A stretch of 64,000 nucleotides of DNA from Epiperipatus broadwayi (lineage: Eukaryota > Animalia > Onychophora). Under the pieces are notes generated by a model. It made no database searches. It had not been told where the DNA came from and was given only the letters and a program-made list of their open reading frames with translations. Location of the stretch: contig JAQFVV010000008.1 in assembly GCA_028023455.1 (NCBI GenBank), forward strand, positions 5,270,001 through 5,334,000, in the 5' to 3' direction. The position numbers were made by a program, and so were the translations under genes. Shown piece after piece: positions 13,601 through 27,989 of the stretch (positions are counted from its first letter, which is position 1; each line of letters begins with the position of its first letter).

Positions 13601-15923
13601 AAAGTAGATTCAGTATTATCATATTTAGTAAGATTATCTTTTAAAAATATTTTCAAAATTTTCCAGAGCACCTTCACATAAAATAATTTTAATGTCTTTT
13701 AATTTTCTTTCCATACAATAAACTTGGCAAAACCACAACCCCATATACAGCTAATTTTAAGTAATTATGAAACTTTGATAAAGTATTCCAATTTTAATTT
13801 TTTTAATGCAACCAAATTTTGCATTGTATCTCAACACTCAAATCTATTTGTTACCTACAAACCTTATAAGATATTTAAATTGAATAATAATACCTAAAGT
13901 ATAATATGATATATATATAATAAATTGAAATTTTGCATTTATGTATGTAATAAAATTCTAACAGATTTGAATTATGAAAACAATTATAAATAAAGGATTT
14001 TATAATATTTCTTTATTGATTCTTTCTTTAGATTATTATTCCTTTACTTGACAGCTTTTTCAGCATTTTCATATCATTATCAAAAGTTTTATACCTGAAA
14101 AAGCTGCCTAAATAATTAAATTTTAACTGCATAAGGTGTTAAGTAATATTTCAGTATTTGTTAATTTAGATATTATTGTAGCATTAGTTCATTTTCTATT
14201 TTAAATTAATAATGAAACACATCTCTTTTATTGTCTTCTTAATCAACTCAGCAAAATATATTGCTAGTGTCCATTTCATGGATTGAAGTTAATTATAACA
14301 CGAATTAGATTTAGCTCTTGGCTCATTCTAGCCCCTAAATTTGCTTATGTCCCCTAATAAGCAATTGATTTCAAAATATTAATTTTATAGACCACATTAG
14401 CTCAACCAGATATACATTTTTTTTTTCAGTATTGATATTTTTTTTAAGTTTAAAAGACATTTTAAAAACAATTATATAATTTTGGAGCAAAAAAATTTTA
14501 ATGGAGTTATTCATTTTAAGAATAAATTGTAAAGAACCTAGATAACTCTGTCAAAGAAATGTAATATATTGAAGGTAATATTAAAACATGATAATACTAA
14601 TAGAACATTTGTCTTTGGCACAGATGCTAAGCATTGGAAATGCATTAAAGTTGTATTTAGTATTTCAATGTTTTCTTTGAATATATGGTACTAATATTGC
14701 CTTGATATATCAACATAAGAATGTATGATGGATATCCATTTTCAGTTGTCTTTACTACAGTTTTACTGCTATATCCAAACTCCATAAGTTCTCTAATATA
14801 TTTATTAGGACACTTTATCAAGTACAAAACTTTTGATAATGACATTAAAATATTGAAATATCTCTCAAGTAAATAATTATTTGTGTCATCAAATTCTGTT
14901 AATATCTGATAGGTATTTATTACATATCTATATTTTATCTTATAAATGTTTCATCAACCTCAGTCTCTACTCATGTTTTCTGAAATATAAACTTTTAGCA
15001 TGTTCTCTGAAAGGTATTTAAAACTGAAGAAATTTAAGAAGTATCATACTTTAACTTTTATTAGTTGCTACACTTCCTAATTTGTGCAAATATAAATCAT
15101 GAAGATAATCAGTTTTCCTCTCATAAACATTAAATAATTAATTTTTTTAAGCAGATTAATGAAACTTAGCTACTTGTAAAAGTATGACATCTAAAAATAC
15201 TGGAATATACATTCTAATGTTATTTATCTACTGTAACTTTTATCTAGAAAGAATCCTGCTTTTCATTAGATATTCCACAGCTATTAATTCAGGATATTCT
15301 AGAGATATTAATTCTTTTTTTAAAAAAATTGAAGTAAAAAATACCACTGCAAAGGATAAACTTAATAAAGAAACTGTCAAAAACAATAGTATGTACCATA
15401 TTTATTTATTTTTTATGAATTCCACATTGGTAACATTATTTTTCTTTAAAATTGGTATATAAGTGCTAATATTATTTATCTATTGCAATCTTTTTTTTCA
15501 TAAATATTAAATAATTATATTTTTTTAAACTGAGTAAATTTGTAAATTATAGTAATTAAAAATTTTGAAATATAGATGCTAATATTATTTGTCAACTGTG
15601 GTCTTCATCTGACAAAACCCTGATTTTCATATTGGTGGCATTACCTAGAATATCTATTAACTCAGTGTTTTTTAAAATTGTAGTGAAAAATATCATCAAT
15701 CACATAGAGTAAACTTAATAATAAGGAAATTAGCTCAGATAATATTGTGTACTATGAAACTTTTTTATGAATTCTACATTGGTAATTTTTTTATTATTTT
15801 AAATTAAATTTAAAACTTTTTTTTTCTCATGAAAATTAAACTATTAATTTTTGAAAGATGAATATAGAAATTTAGCTATTTGTAAGCCTACAGCAATAAA
15901 AAATAATGCACTGGGTCTTCTAG

Positions 15924-16687
<764 letters not shown>

Positions 16688-16904
16688 TAAAAAATATATA
16701 ATTAGTTACGATTTAATTAACATAAAAAAGAGATAAAAAAACTAAAGCTTACTAAAATTATACAAATTACATATATTTAAAAGAGGAGAATGGTAAAAGC
16801 ACCTAATATAAGTTGATAATTATAATACATATTTACAATAATATGATTAGCATGAAATGTACATCCTCTGTCATTCAAATGAAATAGATAAGTGAATTTG
16901 AAAT

Positions 16905-17063
16905 ACTTATCCAAATAAAACAGGCAAAACTCTCCATACAGTAGTGCCACTCAGTGCAAGTTAGCATATTCAATGGCTTGCACTGAATAGCACTACTGTA
17001 TATCTTGAGCAAGCATAAGAAATGGTGATCACGTGGTGTTTAGTGGTTTGACTTATCCAAATA
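16905..17063. mobile_element. Miniature family A fold-back (tail on the right)
   Basis: 13-bp TSD ACTTATCCAAATA at 16905-16917 and 17051-17063. Left end CAGGCAAAACTCTCCATACAGTAG. Hairpin TACAGTAGTGC..CAGTGCAAG / CTTGCACTG..GCACTACTGTA. Tail GATCACGTGGTGTTTAGTGG. Confidence 0.85.
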
Positions 17064-18765
17064 CGTAATTAAAAAAATAAATTTATATATATAAATAGAT
17101 CAATAAATAGATAGAACTTTGAGAAGTAGAGAGAAAAATGGCAATAATTTCAGACTTTCAAATACTGATTGGTGAGAATGGTTTTTATTTATTATTTAAT
17201 CCTCAGATTAAAAATAACTAAATATCTTAATTAAGATCAAGAGTTAAATAATTGAGTTGCTGATTTTAAAAAAAAATCCTAACTTTGCTTGACATCTAAA
17301 AAAAGTCGCTTTTTAATACATTGTCACCGATAAATAGACCTAAATAGATATTATAGTGAGAATTCCCTAAAGTGTAAACTATTGAGCAAATCGATAACTG
17401 AAAAACTAGAAAAATTTAGATAAACATATGGGTTAACTTATCAAAATTATAGGATGAGTTTGTTTTGGTACAAACATTTTTTTTCCTATGTCTGATTGCC
17501 TTCTGATCAAACAATAAAATAATGTTTGACTTCTGTCATTAGTAATTTGTCATTATTCCATCATTAAAGTTTACTTTAAATGATTGCTGTGATAAAAGTA
17601 TATAATTTAAAGGATGATTAAAATGTCACTATGATAGCGTATTTGCTAAGGAAATTGACTTTCTGACAATATTGTTTACTAATTTTAAAATTTTCTTCTT
17701 TTTTTTTCTTGTAAATATTTGGCATATTTTAAATAAGCAATTATGTATAAATATGTAAAAACTAAAGTTTCTTTATTTTTCCAGTTACTTATCTTTTTAC
17801 ATTTATGTTTAGAAAATTATTAAAATTTTGTTTAAAACAGTTGTTGACGGAACTTTCAGCATAATCTTTCATTTTCAATATTCTTCAAGTCTCAAGTTGA
17901 TTGAAAAAAAATTCATAATTGTAAATGCTTTTAAAGAAGATTTATATTAAGATTTTTTAATATAATAATTTTATTTTAAATATTAGTTCTTCATTATTGG
18001 TGCATGAAACTAATGCTAAGTGAAAAGACAGTGACAGTTTTCAAAAGAAATTTGATCAAGTTTTTATAGCTTTGCTTTATTTTCTAATAATAATACAAAT
18101 ATACACTCATTGAAAATTGATATTAACTCAAATGTAAATTTGATAACTAATATAAAAACTACACAATAGAATAATTTTAATATAAAAAAGTCTTTAATAA
18201 AATTATTCAAAATATGAGAAAAGATATTAACAATGTTTTATCAAAAACAAACATTAATAGAAAAAAAGAAATCACTTAGGGAGAAGAAAGTTATAAAGAT
18301 CAAAAGATTTGCTATAATGTTAAAACTGACTATTCTATCACATCATATTGTCAATTGAATAATGAAATTTTCCTAAGGTCGATAATAATCTAGTTTTAAT
18401 AAATTTAAAAGAAATATATAGTATTACATTTCTGTAAATATCTAGAAATAATAAAAAACAAAAATTAAAATATTTTTTTGCTTATATTCTGTTCAAATTC
18501 CTACCGCTTTTGCAAATATTAAGTAACATAATGATAGATAAGTGGTTTTTATAATCTGGACTTGTAATTGCTAAAGATTCCTGGATTAATTTTAAACTGG
18601 GTAAAGACAAAAATAATTGAATATCTGTTTGTCACTTGAATGAAACTGTTGTTCTCATTCTGTCATTTAGATGGTTAAATATACTATAACCACCTGATTA
18701 ATTAATTATATATTTTTTTTAATATAGCTATGACAGAAAATTTAAATGATATTTAAAATACATCT

Positions 18766-19445
18766 ATTAAAGCAATTTATTTATTATTATAAAACATTGA
18801 AAATCTGTAATTATTAAAAGGAAGTAAACCTCCAAATAATGTGCTGTTTTTATACACTATAAATTTCCTTGAACTCACTCACCAATAAGAATTTTTAAAG
18901 CTTAAATGAATTATTTAAGCTTAGAGTGTATATATATATATATAATAACTTTTACTGATAATATTTATATTAGAGCTTGAGTCTATTGTGCACCTAAAGT
19001 TATAATCAACTATTGCATTGTATAAATTTAGTTCACCTATCACAAGAGAAAGACAAAATCTCATTTTTAATCTAGACATATACTGCTTATAAATGTAAAT
19101 CTATTATAATAATTACAGGTTTTCAGCACTTTATAATAATAGATTTATAATTAATATATATATATATAATCACAAGTGGTTTAAAATGAGGCTTCATTTT
19201 TCTCTTGTGATAGGTTAACTAAATTTATACAATCCACTAGTTGATTATAATAACTTCAGGCACACAATAATCTCAAGCCCTGATATAAATATGATCAGTA
19301 AAAATTAGTATATATAGATATACACTAAGCTTAAGTGATTCATTTAATCTTTTTAAAACTCTTATTGTGCTAGAATATTTATAATATTTAAGCAATAGCT
19401 CATTGTAGGAGGTTTACTTCCTGGTTAATAATTAAAGCAATTTAT
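18766..19445. mobile_element. Fold-back insertion (no hammerhead recognised); a single-arm relative lies at ~20110-20270
   Basis: Exact 15-bp TSD ATTAAAGCAATTTAT at 18766-18780 and 19431-19445. ~28-nt tail on the left. Arms ~18809-19075 / ~19180-19434. Confidence 0.85.
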
Positions 19446-20574
19446 ATTATTTGAAATACTTAAAACAAAATTATCTTTCAAATCAGTTGAACTATAAAGA
19501 ATATTAATATACAGAAATTACTTTATACTAATAACTTTAAATATTAAGGATTTAATGCCAACAATAATATCATGTAACTTTCTCTTCTTACTTATATGCT
19601 CCCAAGAGTTGCTTTTTTTTTACTCGACTGTAGATCCATTCTCTGAAGGCTTGAGTATTAGTGAAATCTAGAAGTAGTATAGCAATATAACATTTGGTGG
19701 TATTCAAGCTTATTATAGATTGTTCAGAAAAGGGGAGTGAAAACTGCTCTTGGATATTGCTGAATTATATGATTCCTCAGACAGAGTTAAATTTTTTCAA
19801 TCTATTAAAAAAACATATTTTACATAAACTATGAAATGTTAATATGGATATTTGTTATTAAAGAATGGTTTATATTATATCTCATATGTATAGATAAATA
19901 TACATTTAATTTAATAGTAAGATGTTTAAATGTCATATTGATCTATGAGTTTGTATTTTCAGTTTAATATTTTGTTTCTATTTAATTACATTGATATCTG
20001 AATTATTAAATATCTACCAAATAAAAATTTCAAATTCTTTTCATATGTATAGTAATAATTCAAATGGAAGTCAACTTCTGATAATACACTATTTCTTAAA
20101 TATTATAAATCTTTATGCACTCACCTGCCAGTAAGAGTGTGAATCATTTAAGTTTAGAGCACATTTGTATATACACCAACTCTCCTTGACCATGCTTAAA
20201 TCAGGTCTTGGGTATATTGTGTGCCTGATGTTATAATCAAATATTGAATTGTACAAATTTAGTTATTGTGTGTGCAGAAATTTATAATATTTAAGAAATG
20301 GTGCATTATCGAAGGTTGACCTCCATTTGAATAATTTCAAAATTTTCAGTACCTTATAATAATAGACTTATATGTATAGTAATAATGTTTTTAGTCATTG
20401 CAACAATTTATATTTATTTATTTTCTGTTTCTTTTTGAAAATATGTCTCATAGTCAGTCTTTTGTGTATACTGTAATATCATATATGGTAATTTAATAAA
20501 TTAAACAAAGCTGATATCCATATGGCTATTTCAAAAAAATGATGTGTATTATAAGTATTTAAATATTTGTCTTA

Positions 20575-21251
20575 TACAGGGGGACCCAAAAATAATTGGA
20601 ATTTTGTAATAAGAAATTGTATATTTGTTTTTAGGTGTTGCAAATTGAATCACTTTAAAAAGTATATAGTCTAAACCAGTTTGTCACTTTTTGAAGTCAT
20701 CCAGAAACACATGCAAAGTGATGTATTTTAACACCTGTGTCATTACCCCCTCATCTCAGTTCTAAGTCCACAAAAAATGAGACATCTTTTCATTCAAGAG
20801 ATTAAAGAAATTGTGTGAAATAAGATCAAGTGAATATGTCTGATAGATAAGCTGGGTCATGCTGAATTTAATTAAAAAGTGTTTCACATTCAAGGCTTTA
20901 AAAGATGACACTGTACTTACATTCCAACAAAATGGGATGTTTATATTTTACCCCATCACAGAAACGTTTCAGAACTTTCAGATAAAATGCTTGACCATTA
21001 TGAAATAAATCTGAGAGAAAAATGTCATTTGCTTAATTGTGAGAACATTTCAGTCAATATAAAAAATTGACTAGTAAACACACTTTAAAAAAATATGCTA
21101 GGCCATTCCCACAATTTCACATTGTGATATCATTTGGAAAATTGATGCAGAAAGGTTCCTGCAAGAAATATGTAACAGAAAAAGTATATACTAGAACAGG
21201 TGCACATACCAGAGAATGATTCACATTATTTTTGGGTCTCACCTTGTCATA
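20575..21251 (-). mobile_element. Internally deleted mariner relic
   Basis: TIRs TACAGGGGGACCCAAAAATAAT (20575) and reverse complement ACAAGGTGAGACCCAAAAATAAT at the right end. Minus strand shows decayed transposase C-terminal motifs (DVSFFVDLELR*G, cf. DFFLFPKLK..LKG). Confidence 0.7.
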
Positions 21252-21585
21252 TGCTCTTAAAAAAGAAATAATGATTTATATAATTTTTATAACATTTTTT
21301 GTAATCAATATTCATTGATAAATAAATATGTAGCTAGTATTAACTGCTAAGTAAATGTTCCAGGATAATTTAGATTAATCAGATAAGTTGCAAAGTACTA
21401 AATGTAAAAACAAAACATACTATTGTACTAAACATCACATGATCACCATCTCACGCTAGCACATAACTGTTAGTAAACAGGCAAAAACTCTCCATTAGTT
21501 GTGCCACCTTGTGCTAACCAGAGTAATCAATGGATTCCAGAAGGCTTGTGCATAAAATCCCTATCTAGTGCCTACTCATCCAATA

Positions 21586-21627
21586 TCCCCAAACTAGTTT
21601 CTGGCTTGTGGCCTTCATCAGTGAGGA
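21586..21627 (-). ncRNA. Minimal type I hammerhead ribozyme, family A (left arm)
   Basis: Exact reverse complement of 22012-22053. Confidence 0.8.
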
Positions 21628-22011
21628 GCCTTGGGTCTGAGAACACTGCACCTAGATCTTAGGATCTAATGCAACACTCCAGCAGCTACCTTTTATCTCT
21701 AATTCACTACTGAGAATGAAATTGAAAAAAACAATAATATTTTCAATCTAAGCTCAATAGCTTATATAGTCATATGGGTCTGAACTCAATTCAGCACCCA
21801 TATATTTTGGTGACTTTAGCTCTTTAACAACCATAGCCACCATTATCCTATTAGGCAAGATGACTATATAAGCTATTGAGCTTAGGCTGAAAATATTATT
21901 GTGTTTTCAATTTCATTCTCATAGTTTTGTAGTGAAGTAGAGATAAAAGGTGGCTGCTGGAGGGTTGCATTAGATCCTAAGATCTATGTGCAGTGCTCAC
22001 AGATCCAAGGC

Positions 22012-22053
22012 TCCTCACTGATGAAGGCCACAAGCCAGAAACTAGTTTGGGGA
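22012..22053 (+). ncRNA. Minimal type I hammerhead ribozyme, family A (right arm)
   Basis: TCCTCA-CTGATGA-A-GGC(CACAA)GCC-A-GAAA-CTAGT-T-TGGGGA. 6-bp stem I (TCCTCA/TGGGGA), palindromic stem III ACTAGT, GUU cleavage triplet. An extra A lies on each side of stem II. Confidence 0.8.
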
Positions 22054-23149
22054 TATTGGATGAGTAGGCACTAGATAGAGATTTTATGCACAAGCCTTTG
22101 GGCATCCATTGATTACTCTGGTTAGCACAAGGTGGCACAACTATATGGAGAGTTTTTGCCTGTTTACATACTATTGTAATATAATGCAATCATTATCACT
22201 GGGAGTGAGGTAAATATTCCCTTTGTCTCTGAGTTCATGATTTACATTGTAAGTGCCGATTATTCTACACTGGAGTTCATTGAGAACTACATTTATAAAT
22301 CATGTAAATTAAAAGGGAGGGTTTTAACCTTGGTAGTTAAAATCATATAATTTAACAATAGAGGAATTGTCTCGATTCTTCAGCAGATAATAAATATGCT
22401 GTAAACCTTTACAATTATTATTTAAAAAAATAAACTGTTAAACTCAGTATAACATTAATAATTAACATAAACATAACTCATTGTATATGTAAACAAATGG
22501 AGTAGCTCATCCTTTCTAAATGTTGAACAAAGGATCAAGAATAGAATGAATCCACCTATTCTTAGAGCTCTGATGTTTTTACGCATATCTTTGTGTAAAT
22601 AATATTAAACAATAAAGTGAAAGATGTTAATACTAACGTCATTTAATCTCAGATTACTATTGTGATAAACACATATAGAAAAATTTAATATATAATACAA
22701 CTACTGATATTTTTTGTAGATATAACAGTCATAGAGTCTATAAAAGTCATATTATGTCAATTCTATATTCTGAAAAAATATATTTTCTGTGTGCTTAGTT
22801 TAATAAATGCTAATAGATGTTTAATGTGAAATTTATATTACATAGTTAAAAATATTTGCTATTGTAGCTGATAAATATATGGTGGAATTACTACTTATAA
22901 CTGACTTGACTTAAATATAGTTGCAAATATCCAAATATTTCTACTAATTTTATATATGTCTTTAATAATTGCTAATTTTACAAACAAAAAATAAAAATAT
23001 TGCACAGATTAGGCCTGATTTATCAAACTCAATTAGTGAATATATATGTTTGTTTTAAAATAAGTTCAATGCACTATTTAAAACTGACATAAGTAATAAT
23101 AAGCAAAATTAATAATTTCATTATATATATATATATATATATGTCCACA

Positions 23150-23500
23150 GATGGCGTCCTACCAAAAACACCTATCAAGCGTATATTTCGTTTACATAAA
23201 CATCAGAGTAGTTAGTATTCACTATCTCTAACTATAATTCCACTTTCAGATCATGATTTCAAGCTATTTGCTATCGTCAGTGAAAGACAGGAATAAAGAA
23301 ACTAGATCTAAATACAAACTCTACTTTATAAACAATTTCATTCAGCTTCAAGCTGAATTTTAGAAATAATCTTCAAACTCACATAGCAACCAGATAGCTA
23401 TATGTCTGATCTCATCAGATCACCACATAGTAGAAGCCTCTGCAATCTATACATTCAAGAAAGACCTCAAAGAATTTATGATAAACAAAATCATAAAAAT
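23150..23500 (+). mobile_element. Decayed 3' end of an L2/CR1/Jockey-like LINE
   Basis: Translation relics IFRLHKH, QTLLYK and HIVEASAIYTFKKDLKEFMINK resemble the C-terminal LP..IV.A.S...FK..L..F motif of these LINEs. Confidence 0.55.
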
Positions 23501-23510
23501 TTAACCTTTT

Positions 23511-23990
23511 ACAGATGCCTACCAAAAACACCTATAAATATTTCTTACATAAACGCAGATATATATTCACTATCTCTAACTAAACCACTAAATATTTCTA
23601 TTATCAGAAAACAGAATAAAGAAATAATCTAAATAAAACTCTACTTTATGAAACAATTTCTATTCAGCTTGAGGAACACACTCAATACAAAAATAATATA
23701 TTCAGCACACACCACATAACATCACATAAAAAAATTTAATAAACAAAAAAAAAAATACAAGATCAAAACACTATCAATATTTCTTTAATAAAGCAGAAAC
23801 CAATAAACCCTCAACATATTTATTTTATCCAGAAAAAAAAAAATACTAAATACAAATCTAAAAATTTCACACAAATTTTTTACACAACCACTCCACAATA
23901 AAACACACACAACAATCTAACATTCAAGAAAACTCAAATAGATTTAATAAAAATAATAAATTTATTTTAAAATATTAATTATTTATATAA
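23511..23990 (+). other. Deletion-riddled second copy of 23147-23350 running into G-poor noise; probable assembly artefact
   Basis: ACAGATG(GCGT)CCTACCAAAAACACCTAT is repeated with many small deletions, followed by A/C-rich sequence almost lacking G. Confidence 0.55.
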
Positions 23991-25254
23991 GGTATGAATA
24001 GGAATATATTAAAAAAGTTTTAACTTTTTTTTATTTTAATACTTGATTTTTGGGAGCGACGGCCCCACTCGGTTTTGCTATGACTGCGAGCGTCTTTTCC
24101 TTAGGCATATCTGTGGACTATCATATATACATTTATATTTATCATATATATATATATAGTTTGATATTATATTTTTTGAAATTCAAAGTATTAAAACTGA
24201 GGCATGCAATTAAATTTAAAAACAATATAGAAGTTCCAGGAAATGATAAAATTATAGTACATACTTTTTATGCAAGCAGATATAGAAGTAGATAAATTTT
24301 TAGCAATGCAATATACCAAATGTCTAAGCAATAAAGATATACCAGATAAATAGGAAAATCCAATAATCATACTGATAAAGAAAATATTATAAATTACTGA
24401 CATAATATTGTTTATTCTAAATCTTTATTAATATCATTTATTACTTGTTTACTAAGAAATTTAAATTCAAACCAACCAAAAAGTAAGCTGGATTTAAAAA
24501 TGGTTATAGCCAAATATCATATATAAGAATTAAGAGAAGTTAAAGAAAATATTAATAATTATCAGTTACCATATGCTTTGGATATGTAAATTACAAAAAG
24601 CATTTGATTCTATAAGCATTTACCTTAGTGTTGATTAAAATTTTGGAGCACTAAGATATAGAATCAATATAATGTTAAATTCAAGGTTATTTAATTAACC
24701 CTTTCAAATTCTGACATTTTTAATTGTCCACCAGGTGAGAGTTTTTGAAAATGTTCAATTTTTTACTTCTATATCAAAAATCTTTATTTTATATATTACA
24801 GAAACTCAATAAATTGGACTTGATTTATTTTTGATTTGATTTTATAAACAAATAATATTCTAAAAAATCACTTTTGATCTTTTAAATATTTAAAAACTGA
24901 CTTGTAAATAAGAACAACAGATCTTCAAAGTTATCAATGATGTTTGTTTAAACACTGTTTCAAAAATGAATGATGTCTTTTTTATTTATTTTTTTAAATG
25001 CAAACTAATGAATGTAAATTATGATAAATCTATTAAATTTAGCTTTAAAATCTGATATTTGCTTTATATTCGAAAAGAATTCTAACATTGTGTTAATTTT
25101 GATAGGTAATGATATTAGTAATGACTTTCACATGAAGCATTGTCAAATAGGAAAGAACAGTCTTATAATAAATCTTTCTTTAGAGAACAATAAAGTAAAG
25201 ATAATTAATATTTATCAATTGTTTATAAAATAAGGATCTCTTACGATTTTTTCC

Positions 25255-25525
25255 CCAGTTAAAAAATCAATAAAAGTAGTGTTGCTGAATTCAGCTATCC
25301 ACTCTATCTCATACAACTGGTACACATAATCCCACACATGTAAAAAAAGATAAATAAACTCCAATATATATATTTTATACTGAACCAGCTCCCATAAGTT
25401 GATCCAAATATCATCTTCTACATATATATATATATATAGTGCTTGGTTTATATTAAGATAGAAATTCTTCAAATTTTAATGAACACACTTCAATCTACTC
25501 CACTTTCCAACTCTTCAGCCTTCCA
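25255..25525 (-). mobile_element. Family D arm (decayed hammerhead)
   Basis: Homologous to 32653-32920. Inverted relative to the copy at 26590-26830. Confidence 0.75.
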
Positions 25526-26589
25526 TTCCATTGAAAATCTATTACTGGAATGCCCAAATTCCTTGTTGATGCCAATTTTGTTGTCATGCTCATGTTGACC
25601 TTAAGTCACTCTGGCCCCTCATATATAGGACCTTATCCATTTAAATATACAGAAGAGGGATTGGCAGAATACAGGATAAATTTGTAATATTTAAGTGAAT
25701 ACATTTTATATACTTGGAGTTTAAATATAAATCTTATGCTAATATGAGTTACAATAATGGTTAAATCAGCATTTTAAAGTGCCACAACAACTATGCTTTT
25801 TTTGAAGGAAACATCAAATGAATCTCAACAAATATGGGAGTTATTAAGTTTTAATAATATTACAATTTTTTAAATTAGAAATTAAAAATTATAGAATTTT
25901 ACTACCAAAAGATGGCTATTTCTATTTCAAAATAAGTGAAATATACTATATGTGTCTGCGATATATAGATTGTTTTAATAGAAAAACATCAACTTTCAAA
26001 ATGGGTATGAAGTTGCAAGTGTTTATACATTTAGCTTACCTGTTAAACAAATGTTATTCATGAAATGCACATAAGGTGACAAATAATGATTTGAATTTTT
26101 TACACTGATGTTTAATTGCAATATAGTCAAATTTGAGACAAGATATTATTTAAAAAGTTTAAATATATGTATAACATAAAAACTATAACAGAATATATAA
26201 TTTAATTTTTATTTTAACAAATATAATATACTTTCAATATTTCAACATTTTATTTATGGTTAACAAATTATAACCCTCCAACTACATTTAAAAATTCCAC
26301 TGTTGATTTATTTTAACATTATTAGCTTTAATTTATTATATGATTATTTCATAAAATAAAATCTAAAAAAAAATCAGACAGGCAATAACATTCAGATGCA
26401 CAAACAGTATTTTTTTTTTAATTTGGTTATTTAAAGTTAAAAGTGTTATAGTTTGTTAACTATGAGTAAGATACTAATGTATTAATAGGCTTTAAATTAT
26501 ATAGTCTATAATAGTATTTAGTTATAGATATATATAATATTGGCATCAACAAGGACTTTGATCATTATTATCAGATTTTCAATGGTATA

Positions 26590-26830
26590 GATGGCTGAAG
26601 AGTTGAAGCATGGAAAAGATTGAAGCTTATCCATTAAAGTTTGAAGATTTGCTCTTTTAATATAAACTGAACATTGATTATATATATGTGTGTGTGTATG
26701 TGTGCGTGGGTGTAGAAAATGATCTGGACCAATTGATAGTGCTCTTTCATTATGAAATTTGTATATTGGAGATTATTTGTCCTTTGTACACATATGTAGG
26801 AAGCTTGACAGTCTGACTTCAAATCCCTTC
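26590..26830 (+). mobile_element. Family D arm (decayed hammerhead, B-box-like 3' end)
   Basis: ATGGCTGAAGAGTTG...TTAATATAAA...GGACCAATTGATAGTGCT...GAAATTTGTATATTGG...GACTTCAAATCCC, matching the family D order. Confidence 0.75.
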
Positions 26831-27064
26831 GAATTATATTAAGTTCAGTATAGCTCATATATATATATATGGTTGAAGAATTTCTATTAGCTGAAAATAT
26901 CTTTTTTTGCCTTTTTGAGCCATTAAGGCTGCCAGCAGGGCAATTACCAAGAGCATACATTCTCATCATTGCAAAAGTTATTACTAAATGTTTTCTCCCA
27001 TTTGTAAACGCCCACCAGTCAGTATCTAATTACCTTTTTACATCTGAGTTTGAAACTGGAAAAC

Positions 27065-27845
27065 ACCTTAGTTTATCTGAAGTTTTATGATGATGGCATT
27101 TTAGTAGTAATTATATTGTTAGACTATTTCCAACATCTAATATTAAATGTCAAATATTTATATAAAAATTCATACTTTATTTAGACCTTGCAAATATATT
27201 TTACTATTAGTAGTAGCGCAAAGATTAGTAGATAATATAATATTTCCAGTGGAATTATTCTCCTCTCTTCTTCAGATATTGCTGTTCTGATAAGTGATAA
27301 CATAGGAATTGAACCTGAACTTTTAGATTTGTGAATATTAAATTTAAAGTAGCACTCTAACCAACTGTGTTATTTTCCAAAGACAACAGTCAATAAAAAT
27401 TTCATATATTTATCTATAAGAATTCTAATTTTTCCACTTTTTTCCTAATTTCATTGATTTTTTTTTTGTACCTTTTCCTCTCTATCCAACATTTCATATT
27501 TTTCCAATTGAACATGATCTTCATCTTAAGAAAAAGTGGAGAAATCAGAAGGAGCTCATAAAATAAATAAATGAAATCTCTACTGCCTGCTCTCTTTGTC
27601 TGAATAGTTCAGTTGGTTATATAAAATTATATATTCACAAACTTTAATTTCTATGCTAACATTGTTAATGGACAAGCCAACAACACCTGAAGAAAAGAAG
27701 AGAATAAAACTACTCAAAACGTTTGGTTATATACAACTTTATGTGCTCTTACTAATAGCTGAATATATTTTGAAAGTCTAACTAAAGTTTGAATTTTTCT
27801 AAAAACATTGAAAATTTAATGTTAGATGATAAAAATAGACCAACA
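27065..27845. mobile_element. Older family E fold-back
   Basis: Arms ~27100-27440 / ~27525-27845. Alignable to 1588-2700, e.g. GCACTCTAACCAACTG and ACACCTGAAGAAAAGAAGAGAATAA...CTCAAAACGT. Confidence 0.8.
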
Positions 27846-27989
27846 TTTAATTACTAAGAAATATCTCCTTTTCCTTGGTTTTCTTAATGTTATTTGGGTT
27901 TTCTTGAAAGCAGGATTAATGTGGATGTGAATGATCATTATTTTTTATATTTTCCAATTAAAACAAATATAACTAATTTATAACTGTCA

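Larger units (their letters stand above)
21415..22178. mobile_element. Longest family A fold-back insertion
   Basis: 13-bp TSD ACATACTATTGTA at 21415-21427 and 22166-22178. ~45-nt tail on the left. Highly similar arms 21473-21773 / 21860-22167 with an 86-nt spacer. Confidence 0.95.

Noticed and set aside
21415-22178. Classifying the fold-backs as MITEs or Foldback DNA transposons
   Set aside because: Ends are asymmetric (one-sided tail), TSDs are 11-15 bp and variable, arm length varies by central truncation, and the arms carry ribozymes. All of this fits retrotransposition better.
22905-22950. Minus-strand FGYLQ as exon 2 of the putative MMP
   Set aside because: No AG acceptor in the required phase, and a stop follows within ten codons.
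24695-24760. TTAACCCTTTCAAATTCTGAC as a piggyBac left end
   Set aside because: No matching right end found nearby.
26870-27060. ORFs or an L1/Tx1-like RT relic (GCQQG..AYILIIAKVI)
   Set aside because: The motif match needs a frameshift and is too short; the apparent YDD falls in the family E tail.
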